Source: Paragordius varius
Taxonomy: Eukaryota; Animalia; Nematomorpha
Reading direction: 5' to 3'
Assembly: GCA_964247055.1 (NCBI GenBank)
Contig: OZ176054.1
Coordinates: 5,022,001 to 5,086,000 of the forward strand
Length of the DNA stretch: 64,000 bases
Made by a program: the position numbers and the translations under genes. Position 1 is the stretch's first letter; each line of letters begins with the position of its first letter. Of the stretch, positions 1-11,430 are shown piece after piece. The notes under the pieces are model-generated. The model was not told the origin of the DNA. It made no database searches and was given only the letters and a program-made list of their open reading frames with translations.

Positions 1-167
1 AAAATCATTTTAATGTAGGAAAATTTTTCTACATTTCAAATCGGGTAAAAAATAAATATTATCAATTAAAAAAAATTTAAGTATCAATATGGTCATAGGG
101 GAATTTTAAAGCACACTTATGGCCGTATGCGGTCCGCGGTCCGCGGGCCGCGGTTTGAGTATCACTG
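1..167 (-). mobile_element. Terminus of Buster-type hAT element (same element as 28879-30995, previous unit)
   Basis: Ends ...gcggtttgagtatcactg at 167, followed by ctttagaa, identical to 30829-31003. Confidence 0.9.
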
Positions 168-510
168 CTTTAGAAACTTGGAGAATCATTGTAAAAGAAA
201 TTATATTTTACAGGTAAAAACTAGTGCTCTTTCATACTTTTTGTGCGTCATATCAAACACTTCAACGTTTTTTGTCATTTTAGCTCTATCAGCCTGACTT
301 GATTTGACTATTCCCCCTGAAATCCATATTTGATTTTCATGAACACATGCTGCTAAAGCCATATTACAGTCTGGTATAGATTCTATGCATTTTCATTCCT
401 TTTTCAACAAATCATAGCTTTCAACCAAATCTAGTTGACTTTAAATTTTACAAAAATTAAAAATGAAACTCTAGAATTATAAAAAAATGGATAGGAAAAC
501 AAACCCGCAG

Positions 511-513
<3 letters not shown>

Positions 514-541
<28 letters not shown>
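514..541. repeat. (TA)n microsatellite
   Basis: About 14 TA units. Other TA tracts near 9950, 14325, 19495, 20690 and 60200. Confidence 0.95.
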
Positions 542-545
<4 letters not shown>

Positions 546-875
546 TTCATAAAATAATTTAAAATGATTGATAATGTAACAGAGTTACTGATTTACGTTT
601 AATTTATACGAGACGTCTGTAGTACTAAACTAATTTTTTCCTATATATATTTTGAATGATTGATACTTGAATTTACAAATATAACTTATATTCAGAATCA
701 GCTCCCCCAAGCACATATATTTTCCCATTATGAACGAGCATTAGATGGTCGTATCGTTCTTTCGTCATATTTTGCAATTTAATCCATTTTCTATGTTGGA
801 ATTTATGCAATTCATTTCAGGTTTTGTCGTTCGGGAGAGTGCCTTCTAAAATAAAATAAAATTTCTGGTGATATA

Positions 876-1136
876 CAGTAAAAATAGATATACGGACAAA
901 ACTTAATATAAAGACATTTTTTTCAAATAACAACCATACTTTTCCTAACCATAATTTTTCCCTTATAAACTATTTATTTACTATATAATTGATTGTGTTA
1001 CAGTTTAATTACTATTTCATAGTTTACAGTTTCGATGAGTTATATTAAAAAAATTAATATATAAAAGGTATGGTTGTCTTTTGGAACAAAATATTTGTCT
1101 TTATATTTTGTTCTGTCCGTATTTTAATTTTAACTG
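876..1136. mobile_element. Degenerate Tc1/mariner-like MITE in a KLHL intron (copy at 31704-31964)
   Basis: ta|cagt...actg|ta ends. Imperfect inverted arms (tacggacaaaac...aataaagac...caaccatac versus gtatggttg...gtctttatat...tgtccgta). Confidence 0.6.
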
Positions 1137-1994
1137 TATTTTTACAGTATTCACTTCTATATTTAACATAAAAATATTGGAAAGTTTTTAATTATGCTAG
1201 ATATAGATCCGTTTGGATTTACAAGCACAAGCTCAGAGAAACTTAGATCAAATTGAACATATATTTTAAAACGTTTTGCTCAAATTATATGCATTACATT
1301 TCATGAAGTCAATAAATATTTAATAAAATGGCTATACCAGAAATATATATAATATTGTCAATTACACAGGCTGCATGGTGGCAAAGTGGATACGGTAATT
1401 CAAATCCAAATTTTGACCAAACACTGGATGCAGGATTAAATAAAAAACATTTCTTTCGCAAATCACTTTCGATCAAGGTATCGCCCGATGTCCCACCAAT
1501 ACTTAGGATGTATTCTTTAGCCTAAAATACAATATTTAAAATATTCTTAGCATTGTTATTATTTATTATCGCCTTCATTGGTAGAAAATTGTGATTAAAT
1601 AAATTACGTTAAACAAGCTTGAACTTTTTTTCATGCATATAAGACATTGTTTGGATATCTCAGCATGTGGCGATTTTCGAGGAGGTGGTATTTCAAAAAA
1701 TACTTTATCCAATTGACCGTTTTCTTTACATGTTTGATACCTAATTGAATTATATAGTATCAACCAATTTACAGGTCCATAATTGGTTTCATATTTACAA
1801 TTCACAATTCCAATAAATTTGCTATATTTATACAAATGACATTTAAAGTTTGTTTATTTTTAAAGCTGTACTAGTTGAAAAAATTGTGTCTTGTCAAAAC
1901 ATATTGTCAATATATTATTTTATATTTAGTAAATGAGTTATTTGTATCCCGCCAAAAATTTCAAATATCTTTTATTATGACTACTTCTTTAAAC

Positions 1995-2204
1995 CAGGTA
2001 ATACAAATCGCTTTGTGGGCCGCATTTTCGCTTCATAAAATCTGATGTGTCGCATTCGTCAAATATATTTAGGCATTAATCAAATTTTTATTAAATTTCA
2101 AACATACATAAAATGTACAGTAAGGAAACTTAATTAAAGAAATTGGTAAAACTTTGTATTTGAGAACCCGCGGGTTTTGGAGGGTCGCATGTTACATACC
2201 TCTG
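1995..2204. mobile_element. hAT MITE (copy at 32823-33032)
   Basis: Perfect 8-bp TSD ctttaaac at 1987-1994 and 2205-2212, cag...ctg termini, and gggccgc/gggtcgc subterminal motifs. Confidence 0.85.
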
Positions 2205-2757
2205 CTTTAAACTATGCATAAATTCAAAAGTAAAATATTTTGATTCAATATTTGTTTATGTAAAAAAACTTAAAGGGATTGGAGTACCAAAATGCCTTGT
2301 GAAAATGATGTGCACAAAATGGACTTAATCCCAAGTATTCTTTCCCATCCTCTAATGCCGATAGCAAATCCGGAACATCAATATAAACCATACGGACACG
2401 TTCAAATATCTTATTACTGAATTTCATTCTTCCTTCTTTGTCAGCATGAATCCATCGAATTGCTGCTCTTAGAACATCTACCTATTGAATAAAATATTTT
2501 AGATTTTTCAAATTTGGATATTGACTTCATATTATTAAACCAGCACGGCCTAATCCAAACAATAACTTTTAACAAGTGTAAAAATATTATTTACTTACCA
2601 AAAATTAAAAAACCTAGGCCAAATAGGTCCGGATTTTACATAGGAAAGTTTGAACCAGAATCAATTATATATAATATATTATTTTAAAATTCAATTAATT
2701 GGCTTTACGGTAAAATATCATCAGTTTAATTTAGTGTATGTTATGGATTTTACTTAA

Positions 2758-3316
2758 CACTTTGATACAAATAAAAGTATCTAAATACCCTAGACTATAT
2801 ATAAGTGATATTTTAACTAACTAGTGAAAGAAACGGTTTTAATTTAAATTTAAACTTCTATCCTAATAAATAATAAAATATGTCGAAATCAAAATAAAAT
2901 TTAGCTTTAAAAAAAACGTCCCATATTAAATTACTTCGACGCAATTTTACAACTTTTTTGGAAACTATCGTGTTTATTTAATTTTTATATTAAAGCTATT
3001 TTATTTAAATCACATCAAACATTGAGAAAGAGAAAAAGTAGTTTATTTTGTGTTATTTTAAAATTAAACTAATTAATGCACACATGTAATGTAGACTAAA
3101 TTTTAAATTTGGGTATTATTTTAAAATAAGTTATATTAAGTATATTTGAATAATTTATTTTGTATTTCCGTTTATTAATGTTATATAAATGCAAACTTTT
3201 GTAATGGTTACAATTTATTCCATATTTTTTGAACTATTTATTTTTAAACAGGCTTGAGGTATCTAACGACCCCAATTTGAATCGAAGGATTGAAATAAAT
3301 TTGTTGTATACAAGAG
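2758..3316. mobile_element. piggyBac-like MITE (copy at 33586-34144)
   Basis: ttaa|cactttgatacaa ... ttgtatacaagag|ttta. Both ends match the relatives at 56981-57531 and 59556-59878. Confidence 0.7.
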
Positions 3317-3603
3317 TTTAAAGAAATTAATAAATACCTCTTTGTCCACAGATAAATAATCATTTTCAATTTTTTTATGGTGGACGCGTCTAGCTAAATG
3401 AAAGTTTTACTACATACCAAATCAATAAATTTTTCCGTTAAAATTCTTTGATATTTATCATCAAGAACTGTGAGAGCCGGTACTTTTTTTAACTCGTCCA
3501 ATGCTTTACATATATCATCCATTGGTGTTTATATAACATAAATTAGAACATAACTACACATGATTAAAAAATTAATATTAAAAAAATTTTATGATTTAAA
3601 CAG

Positions 3604-3700
3604 GACCATTTTGCTTGGATAGCAGCGAAATTCTTCAGATACCCTGTAATGATATTAAATATGAATACCGGGCTCATTATCCGGATGAAAAAAGATGAAG
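3604..3700 (+). other. Candidate orphan plus-strand exon (copy at 34432-34528)
   Basis: tttaaacag acceptor and AAG|GTGAGT donor. Reads PFCLDSSEILQIPCNDIKYEYRAHYPDEK until an A6 run puts TGA in frame. Confidence 0.3.
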
Positions 3701-3765
3701 GTGAGTTTTGTTTTTACAGTATGTTTGTAATTTAATTATTAAAACATTTATCGGAGCTAATAATA

Positions 3766-4409
3766 TACCATTTGCACTTCAAGAGTGTCCTTGACTTCAA
3801 GTTGGTCCTTACACACTTCGAGTTGGTCCTTAAACAGTTCAAGTTGGTTCTTGATCATTTCAAGTTGGGCCTTAAACAGTTCAAGTTGGTCCTTGAATAT
3901 TTCAAGTTGGTTCTTGAACATTTCAAGTTGGTCCTTGAACATTTCAAGTTGGTCTTTGAACATTTCAAGTTAGTCCTTAACCAGTTCAAGTTGGTCCTTG
4001 AATAATTCAAGTTGGTCCTTAAAATTTTGATTTAACCATAATTTTTGCATTATTTTTTATTTTATTATTTATTAACCTAATTTTCTTTATTTATTATGTA
4101 TTTAATCATTTAAAAATAAAATTTTTTATTGAATCACTTTTTTGTTTCAAACTATTTATTTTCAATTAAACAAAACTAAATAAAGATATACAGTTTCTCA
4201 AAGAAAAAAGTTGATATCGATTTAAAATTTATGTTAAATAATAGAAAATATGTTAAAAACAATCAAATAGATTATTTACGATATGATTGATAAAAGTTAA
4301 AAACAAAACAAAAAAGTCAAAGGACAAACTTGAACTGTTCAAGGACCAACTTGAAATGTTTAAGGATCAACTTGAAGTGTTCAAGGACACTTTTGAAGTG
4401 CAAATGGTA
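3766..4409. mobile_element. Foldback-like element whose inverted arms are arrays of a 21-bp unit (copy at 34594-35237)
   Basis: Left end taccatttgcacttcaagagtgtccttga; right end tcaaggacacttttgaagtgcaaatggta. About 12 units of ttcaagttggtccttgaacat on the left and about 4 inverted units on the right, with an AT-rich centre. Confidence 0.8.
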
Positions 4410-4600
4410 TCATATATATTTAATTCATTAATTATTTGGTTTAGTCAACAATATAATCTTCAATATTTAACTATTCATTACCTTTTTACGTCCTCATTTT
4501 GGGTAGTTTTATATCCCACCCGATTTTGTATATAAAATACAGTTTTGAAAGTTATTTTAGTTAAAATTTAATTATCAGACACTGTTCTCATGTACTAGAT

Positions 4601-6540
4601 CAGGGCTTCTTAAACTATGGGTCGCGACTAGGGTTGTGCTGACCTGGTCTTGACTACTTATTTTTTAACCACGGTTATTAAAAAAACAGCTGTTTTTTTC
4701 AACAATTGCTAGTATTTTTTAGAAGAGAGTAAGATTTTATTATTTAATATATTTTTTAAAAAATAAAAATTAAATATTTAAATATGCCTTAACAATACAA
4801 TAAAAATTGTTAAACATGCATCGTTATAACATTTGCATTTAAGCAATTTTAGTTATTTCCAAAAACAAAACAATCAGGCACTTTACAAAACATGCAATTA
4901 TTATATAAGTAAACCAAAAAAATGAAAAACCCTATAATTTAATATTTTATGAAAGAAAATGTAAAACAAACTAGGTAAAATTTTATTTGAATCCAGTATT
5001 AAAAGCTATGTTTTGAAGATTCGGAAGGCCACAAACATGTGGCAAAATTCATTTAAAAACAAATTTCTTGATTATATTTGATTGAAAATATTTGTAAGTA
5101 AATATTAAAAAAATTGTATAATACAAACCTTTAAGAAAAACATGACATTATTAGTGAAACGCAAATGTAATTCGAATATTATTTTGACAATCCAATATCG
5201 CATGATACTTACTTAAGTAAAAGGTGGTCATGACCGTGGTCAAGTCCATGGTCTGACTGGATCTACCGGACATTTTTGAAAAAGCCGTCAAATGCTTAAC
5301 CCTAGTCGCGATCCCATTTGGGGTCGCGAGTGATAAAAATACAATTATACAATAAATGTTTTTTAACTTGTAAAATATATATTTAAAGAAAAATAACAAT
5401 CATCGTAGATAATAAACCGAATAATTCTGAAAAATATTATCAAAAAATTTGTTATTGTTATTTCGAAGAAACTATATAAACATTTAGTGTTATTTTCATT
5501 TAGCCATTGTATGATTGTGAAGAAGAGCATGTTATTCCGTATTAGTCAGTTTAAAAAAATTACCATTTATACTCGTATATTGTTGGATTTACCACCAGCC
5601 AGTTTAAATAAATTTATTTATATCGATGAAAGTATTAGTGTTATAAAACACAAATTGCCAAGGCATTTAACGATTTTTAAAGATTTTATGTTTATTATTG
5701 TGTTTTTAATAAATCGATTTAAATATTTCTCAAGTTTTATAACAATTATCATCAACTACATAATTTTTCCTCACATAACAAACAGGTATTTATAGTATTA
5801 AATTATTGGAAAATGTGAATTTGCTGCTTTTTATCAAAATGACTTGTGGCTTATCCAAGCTGTGTTATTTGTCAGATGTTTTGCGAAGTTAAACGATTTT
5901 AACTAGTCTCTTCAAGGAAAAAATAGAAATATAATTACCTCAAACGATAAAATTGAAAGTTTTATTCAAAATATCAGTATTTGGAAAAGTAGGGTCGAAA
6001 ATTCGATTGTTTTTCAGTGTAGACAATTTTGTAATTGAGAAAATTCAATGTAAACTTTAATTGCAAAAACTATTCACTTAAAAGCGCTAGAAAAACAGTT
6101 CCGGACATATTTTATTTTAAGTATTGATAAAAGCCGTTTTGGTTCCATACATATTATATTCAAATATTGATAAAAGTCGTTTTGGATTGGATTAAGAGAG
6201 ATTGATCATCTGCCACAAGCTCAAGAGGAATTTGCTGATTATTCGTGTGATTCAACCTTAAAATTAAAATTCCAAAAAAAGCCCTTGACTGAATTCTGGA
6301 TCAGAACTAGAACTGAATTATCCACAATCGCTGATATGGCGCTAAATGTACTTCTGCCATTCAACACCACATGTTTATGGGAAGTTACTTTCTCAGCTTA
6401 AACACACATTAAATCTTAATATCGTTCAGCGATAAAAAATATTGAAGAGGTCTTACGTCCAGCAGTTTCATACATTACACTAAGATTTCATTTGTTATGC
6501 AATAAAAAACAGGCTCATCTCCATCTCATTAAATTTTTAA
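4601..6540 (+). mobile_element. Decayed Buster-type hAT transposon (FAM200/ZBED5-like transposase relic; copy at 35429-37368)
   Basis: Left end cagggcttcttaaactatgggtcgcgac. Broken frames read LCYLSDVFAKLNDFN*SLQGK and EFADYSCDSTLKLKFQKKPLTEFW...ALNVLLPFNTTCLWEVTFS (hAT C-terminal dimerisation region). Right TIR not found. Confidence 0.8.
4629..5304 (-). mobile_element. TAGGG-ended hAT MITE nested in the hAT end (copy at 35457-36132)
   Basis: tagggttg...aacccta termini with TSD gtcgcgac/gtcgcgat. Homologous, in reverse orientation, to 26405-26916 and 55273-55934. Confidence 0.9.
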
Positions 6541-6892
6541 CGTAACTCTAATTTAATATTTGCTGTAATAACATTTTTGATTTTGTACTAATTGATTTAC
6601 CTATCTAGAAGTTTAAAATACATAATGAGTAAAATTCGTTTAATTTTATTGTATCAACTATTAGCCGTAATTATATTCATTGAAACATAGTTGTTTAAAT
6701 GAAATCAAAGGTAAACTATTTACTTTTCCAGACTTAGTTTGCATAATACGCAGGCAATATTGGTTAATTGATAAAATAACAAAAATGTTGTTAACTATAT
6801 TATATATATACATGTAAAATTTTTATCAATTTCTTCTACTGTATGTTGAAAATATGTTAATAATTCTTAGATTTGCTCTCAAACATTTACAC

Positions 6893-9782
6893 CAGTGATA
6901 CTCAAACCGCGGCCCGCGGGCCGCATGCGGCCCTAAGAGTGCTTTAAAATTGCTCTATGACCATATCGATATTTATATTATTTTATTAACACATAAACGA
7001 ATTTTCGATTATTTTAATATTAATTGATTTTCTTTAGAAATTTTGGTAGTTTTTATTTTTTACCCAATTCGAAATGTAAAAAATTTTCCTACATTAAAAT
7101 AATTTCAAATTTTTGGCACACGTTGCTTCTGTGTCTGTGGTCTATTTTCTTTTCTATTTTGAAATTTTTTTTGCAATCCTTTTTTGTATTTAAGCAAGCC
7201 TTTCACTTAAACTTGCATATACATATTCTTTTCATAGCTCCCTCCTCATTTTTTATAACTCTTTCCCATAAATTATTTTTCAAATAAACATCATTAAATT
7301 TCAACTTGTTTTTTTATAGCGTAATATTTTTTGAAAAAATTTTCGTAATATTTAAACATAAATTCAAAGGATGACATCTAATGCTAAAAAACGTAAATTA
7401 TCCGATGAATATCGCCCTTTAAAAAGAATGGGAAGATGAATTCTTTGTCGTTTAAAATATAAATGTTGTTATTATATATGGAATAATTCAGCAAAAATAA
7501 TATAAATTTATTATAATATTTCGATTACTACAAGTAATCTTTGTCAAACGTAAAAATAAAATAAAATTATAAATTAAAATTTAAATTATAAAGTAAAAAT
7601 ATTTAATGAGATATGAAACTAAAAAAACATGTGTGTATTGTTAATAAGAAAAAAATTTGTAATGTTATTAATATTATTAAGATCCTTTTTTCTGTTCATT
7701 ATATTTCCTTCTTTGTTAATATAAAAACTTTCCTTCAATATTCTTTTTGTTCTATTTTCCTCTGTATCGACAACTTCGGCATCCCAGTTTATTTTATGTT
7801 TACATTTAAAGGCATGATATGCCAAAGCCGAATCATTAGTTTTATTCTTGCTAACTGCCGTTTTGTGTTCTTTTATCCTAACATCTAGTCCTCTTTTTGT
7901 TTGTCACCTGCCTTATATGTAAGGAGAACATAATTATAAAAAAATACAATATTGAAAGAATTTTACAATCCATTTTTCTCATAAATTACCAGAAAATCAT
8001 GTAGAAAAACGAAAAATATAAAAAGATTAAGGAATTAAACCAGAAAGGATAATCTATTATGTCCATAGCTTTCTCCCAGGAAAAAGTTGTATAATTAGCT
8101 ACGTATGAAATTTGTTATATTTTAGGAAAAAATATGAAACCGTTTGTTGATTGCCAACTAAAAGAATGTCTAATAAATGGTTGCACCTTTTTATTTGATA
8201 AATTCCATATAAAGATCAAATCATGAGGCAAATTAAAAACTTCAACTTTCTGCAACATGTGCTCGACGCATTGAAGATATGTCTAAATATATTTTTAACA
8301 ATACAATATTGGCTTTGAAAAACAGCAAATATTTTGGTAATGCTATTGATTCTAGCACTGATATTAGTACAACACCTCAATGTGCGCTCTTCGTAAGATT
8401 TTGCAACGACAACATAATCAACGAATATTTAAAATTTTTACCAATAAATAATACCACGAAAGGAAGTGATTTTCTCGAAATAATTAACACCTTTTTCGAT
8501 AATAATGATATATCTATGAAAAAATGGTGTCAATCTGCACAGATGGCTGTCCCTCTATGATTGGAATAACCAAAGGATTTATTCCTCTTTTGTAAAACAA
8601 ATATAATTTACAAAATATTTTATCCTTTCACTGCTTTATTCATCAAACTTGGTTTCGCGTGTAAAAGATGAATCACTCAATTCAGTAACGGTTGTGGATA
8701 TAGTTAACCGCATCCGTGGCAGAGAATTCAACCGCTGTAAATTCAAAAACCTCCTGAAAGATATCGACAGTGAGTTTAATTATATTCTTTTGTACACCGC
8801 TGTGAGATGGTTATAGCAAAGTATTAAATAGATTTTTTGTTTTAAGACATGAAATTCTATTATTTATAAAAGATAACAGAAAGTTTGACGAGGAAATTAG
8901 TAACATATGGTAGGTTTTATTAGCCTACCTTTGAAACATTACTTATAAATTTTTTTAATAAGTCGTCCAGGAAGCAAAATAATAACCCAAATTGTTAATG
9001 TAATATCTTTTAAAAATTAATAATATAAACTAGATTTTATAAATTAAACACTCCTATATTTTCCAACACTTAAAACGATTCATAAAAAATATATGGAATT
9101 TACCGCGGAGATTAATTTAATAATAGATCATCTAACATTTTTATCTAATGAGATATAATTTAGATTTCAAAAATTAAATTATATTAAAAATTGCTTAAAA
9201 CTCGTGGAAAATCCATGGCATATGGATATATTAAATATTAAACAACTTGAGAGCATTTCGGTTTTGATCAGGCGCATATTATTGAAGACTTTGTAGGTTT
9301 AAAAATTCCAATTTGGATATTCAAAGAGAATCGTTGAGAAGAAAGATATGTAGAGTTTTGGCAAGATGTGCCAAATAAATATGAAAATATATAAAAATGT
9401 GCCCAAGTTATCCTAACTCTTTTTCACGTGTGAGACGTCATATTCAAAAATAAAATATACATACAGAAACCGCTTAACCGATGATCATATGGACGTATTA
9501 AGATTGGCCTGTCATGAGGTGAAACCAAATTTGTCAAAAATATTTGTTAATATCGAAATAAAAATTGTTATCAAAATATTTTAATTTTTTAAACAAAATG
9601 GTAAACCAGATTTTAGCTGGATTTACATGCGATCCGCAAAAAATTCATTGTGCTGACTTAGAGTATAAATATCTTCATATGTGTTAAATAGCTATAGAAT
9701 ATATGCCATTATAAGGTTCATGGCCCTCGAAAAAAAAATATATTTTATTTGCCCCGTCAAATTTTTTTGGTGAGTACCACTG
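6893..9782 (+). mobile_element. Decayed Buster/SPIN-type hAT transposon (GTF2IRD2/EPM2AIP1-like transposase relic; copy at 37721-40610)
   Basis: TIRs cagtgatactcaaacc and ggtgagtaccactg. Relic starts MTSNAKKRKLSDEYR near 7370 and includes DSSTDISTTPQCALFVRF, HCFIHQ and AVRWL. Flanks atttacac/gtataaac match at 5 of 8 positions with a central TA. Confidence 0.9.
7471..7903 (-). mobile_element. 5'-truncated Penelope-like retroelement fragment (GIY-YIG endonuclease C-terminus) inserted in the hAT (copy at 38299-38731)
   Basis: Minus frame reads QTKRGLDVRIKEHKTAVSKNKTNDSALAYHAFKCKHKINWDAEVVDTEENRTKRILKESFYINKEGNIMNRK. The block is absent from the sister hAT near 30480. Confidence 0.8.
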
Positions 9783-10139
9783 GTATAAACTGAGGGAGCT
9801 ATGTTTTCCTTTAATATTGGTTTCGCTCTGAATTTTTATTTTTTAATATAAACCTTCAAGTACACTAGCTGCCGAGCAAAGAAGAAATAATGGGTTATCG
9901 TTGATATTCATAATTTTTTAAAATAACTCTAGATTTATGATTTATTTCTTTATATATATATATATAGAGATTAAATGGACATCTTGGGTTAAGTTTATAT
10001 TTTAAGTGCATGTAAAAAACCCCTAGAAAATGAAACAAATATCAAACTTGGTTATCATAAATTACATGCGCATGTTGTAGGTAAAATGTTCAAGAATAAT
10101 ATTTTGCATCTTAATTATAAATTAAAAATTCTTACAATA

Positions 10140-10310
10140 CAGTAGCGTATGCAGTAAAAGATTGTCAGTGCAAAATAATCTTAATGAACACAAAACAGGG
10201 GGACAATTTTCATATATTAATTATCATTCAGTCCTATTTATAAACATATCCATAATATCCCCCTATTAAGATTATTTTGCACTAACAATCTTTTACTGCA
10301 TACGCTACTG
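10140..10310. mobile_element. Tc1/mariner-like MITE (copy at 40968-41138)
   Basis: TA TSD. Near-perfect ~46-bp TIR cagtagcgtatgcagtaaaagattgtcagtgcaaaataatcttaat with one mismatch seen. Confidence 0.9.
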
Positions 10311-10559
10311 TAAATAGGCTATTATTATTTTAAGGCTTAAAAATGCGCATGTTGAAAGTTGACATATCAAACATCAAAACAATTAAAAAAAATTATAATC
10401 ATTTATAAATACGAATTTCTGACAATTCTATATAGACATGACTGTAATAAAAGTTCTTTCTTTATTTTTAAAATGTCCCTGACATCGCTTACTACCTCTA
10501 TTATTGTCAATCATTTTAGTGACATTTAACAAACATAGTAATATTAAAACCAAACCAAA

Positions 10560-11430
10560 ATTGACTCAAGATTTGTATCAATTCAAAATGTGCACCTCGG
10601 ATATCTCCGTTTTGTTTACACAATTTAGTTCTGTTAGTTGATTTCTCATCTTTGGAATGGTTATTATTACGCATCAAAGTTGTCGATTATTGTATTATCT
10701 GGTAGTTGACTTTCTTAAAAGGGAATTTAACTGGCTAGCGTATTACCTTTTGAGAGTCTTTTATTGTAACGGTCTCATGTAAGATAAAATCCCAGCTTAG
10801 TCTCCCACTTCCCCTCGCCATTCTGAGCATAACTTTAAATCATTAATCGTACATGGAAAGAACTTAATACGAGAAAGCAGAGGATTGTGTTGTATTTACT
10901 GGAAGATTGGTAAAATGATTCGCATTTTGATAGCCCATAGACACGTGCTATATGCATGTTGAGGAGACACTAGTTTTAATATATTTATATCTGCTTTTAA
11001 TCTGCCTATCGGCCTTCCTGCAGATTTTGCTCTTGGGATGCTAGCCCATAGATTTTGTGTATTTGAGCTTTAAATTGCTCAAAGGCGATAAGAATTTTTT
11101 AACCGTTTTCGGAAATCTATATCGTTGAATAGAATTTCGCAGTCACTTAGCGATTTTGGATTTGAACTTTCACACAAATTGTGTGGACCCATTTGGTCTT
11201 TCCCAATGCTCGTGCCTACTGATAGTTTTTGTGATACATAAAATACCTCTGCAGATTGCCATCGAGTTATAATGAGTCTCATCCAATAACTCTTACACTT
11301 TATTGTCATCATAGTTGTGTGGTCTATTAAGGTACCCACCCGCTTAATCAGAGCTTTTAAATTTATAGAACCATAAATCAAATGGTTTAATCGATGGACT
11401 TTCAATATGTTTTTACCAGCCAAACAATAA
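10560..11430 (-). other. Decayed coding-like island, possibly an LTR-retrotransposon gag relic (copy at 41388-42258)
   Basis: GC-richer than the flanks, with a 114-aa ORF and broken neighbouring frames (FDLWFYKF, VFYVSQKLS, FEQFKAQIHKIYG). No LTRs seen. Confidence 0.3.

Larger units (their letters stand above)
238..3530 (-). pseudogene. KLHL-like BACK-Kelch pseudogene, copy A (last two exons lie upstream of the window)
   Basis: GT-AG exons 3338-~3530, 2288-2481, 1608-1740, 1338-1521, 686-845 and 238-438 join in compatible phases. BACK motif VDVLRAAIRWIHADKEGR...FERVR. Kelch motifs ILSIGG, KIYVLGG, IWISGG. In-frame TAG at 3394-3396, TGA at 817-819 and 393-395, and a frameshift in the T7 run near 3370. 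Confidence 0.88.

Noticed and set aside
1328-1525. Plus-strand 65-aa ORF (and its copy 32156-32353)
   Set aside because: Antisense shadow of the Kelch exon 1338-1521.
238-3396. Reassigned genetic code (TGA=Trp, TAG=Gln/Glu) suggested by stops at Trp-like Kelch positions (KE*KC, CE*DP)
   Set aside because: Most Trp sites use TGG, frameshifts co-occur, and TE relics show the same TGG-to-stop decay (KWWVLL at ~29780 versus TGG TAG at ~8910). G-to-A decay explains it. A genome-wide Codetta run would settle it.
3778-4022. 21-bp array as a CRISPR array
   Set aside because: Units are contiguous with no unique spacers, there are no cas genes, and the context is eukaryotic. An inverted copy shows it is a transposon arm.
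3757-4535. ORFs 3757-3963, 3772-4005, 3785-3973 and 4287-4535 as genes
   Set aside because: By-products of a stop-poor 21-bp repeat, with no splice or domain support.
5151-7888. ORFs 5151-5399, 5487-5795, 7024-7287 and 7613-7888, and similar F/I/L-rich ORFs at 54499, 54626, 55265 and 57893
   Set aside because: They lie in MITE or hAT non-coding parts or antisense to relics, and have the composition expected of random AT-rich DNA.
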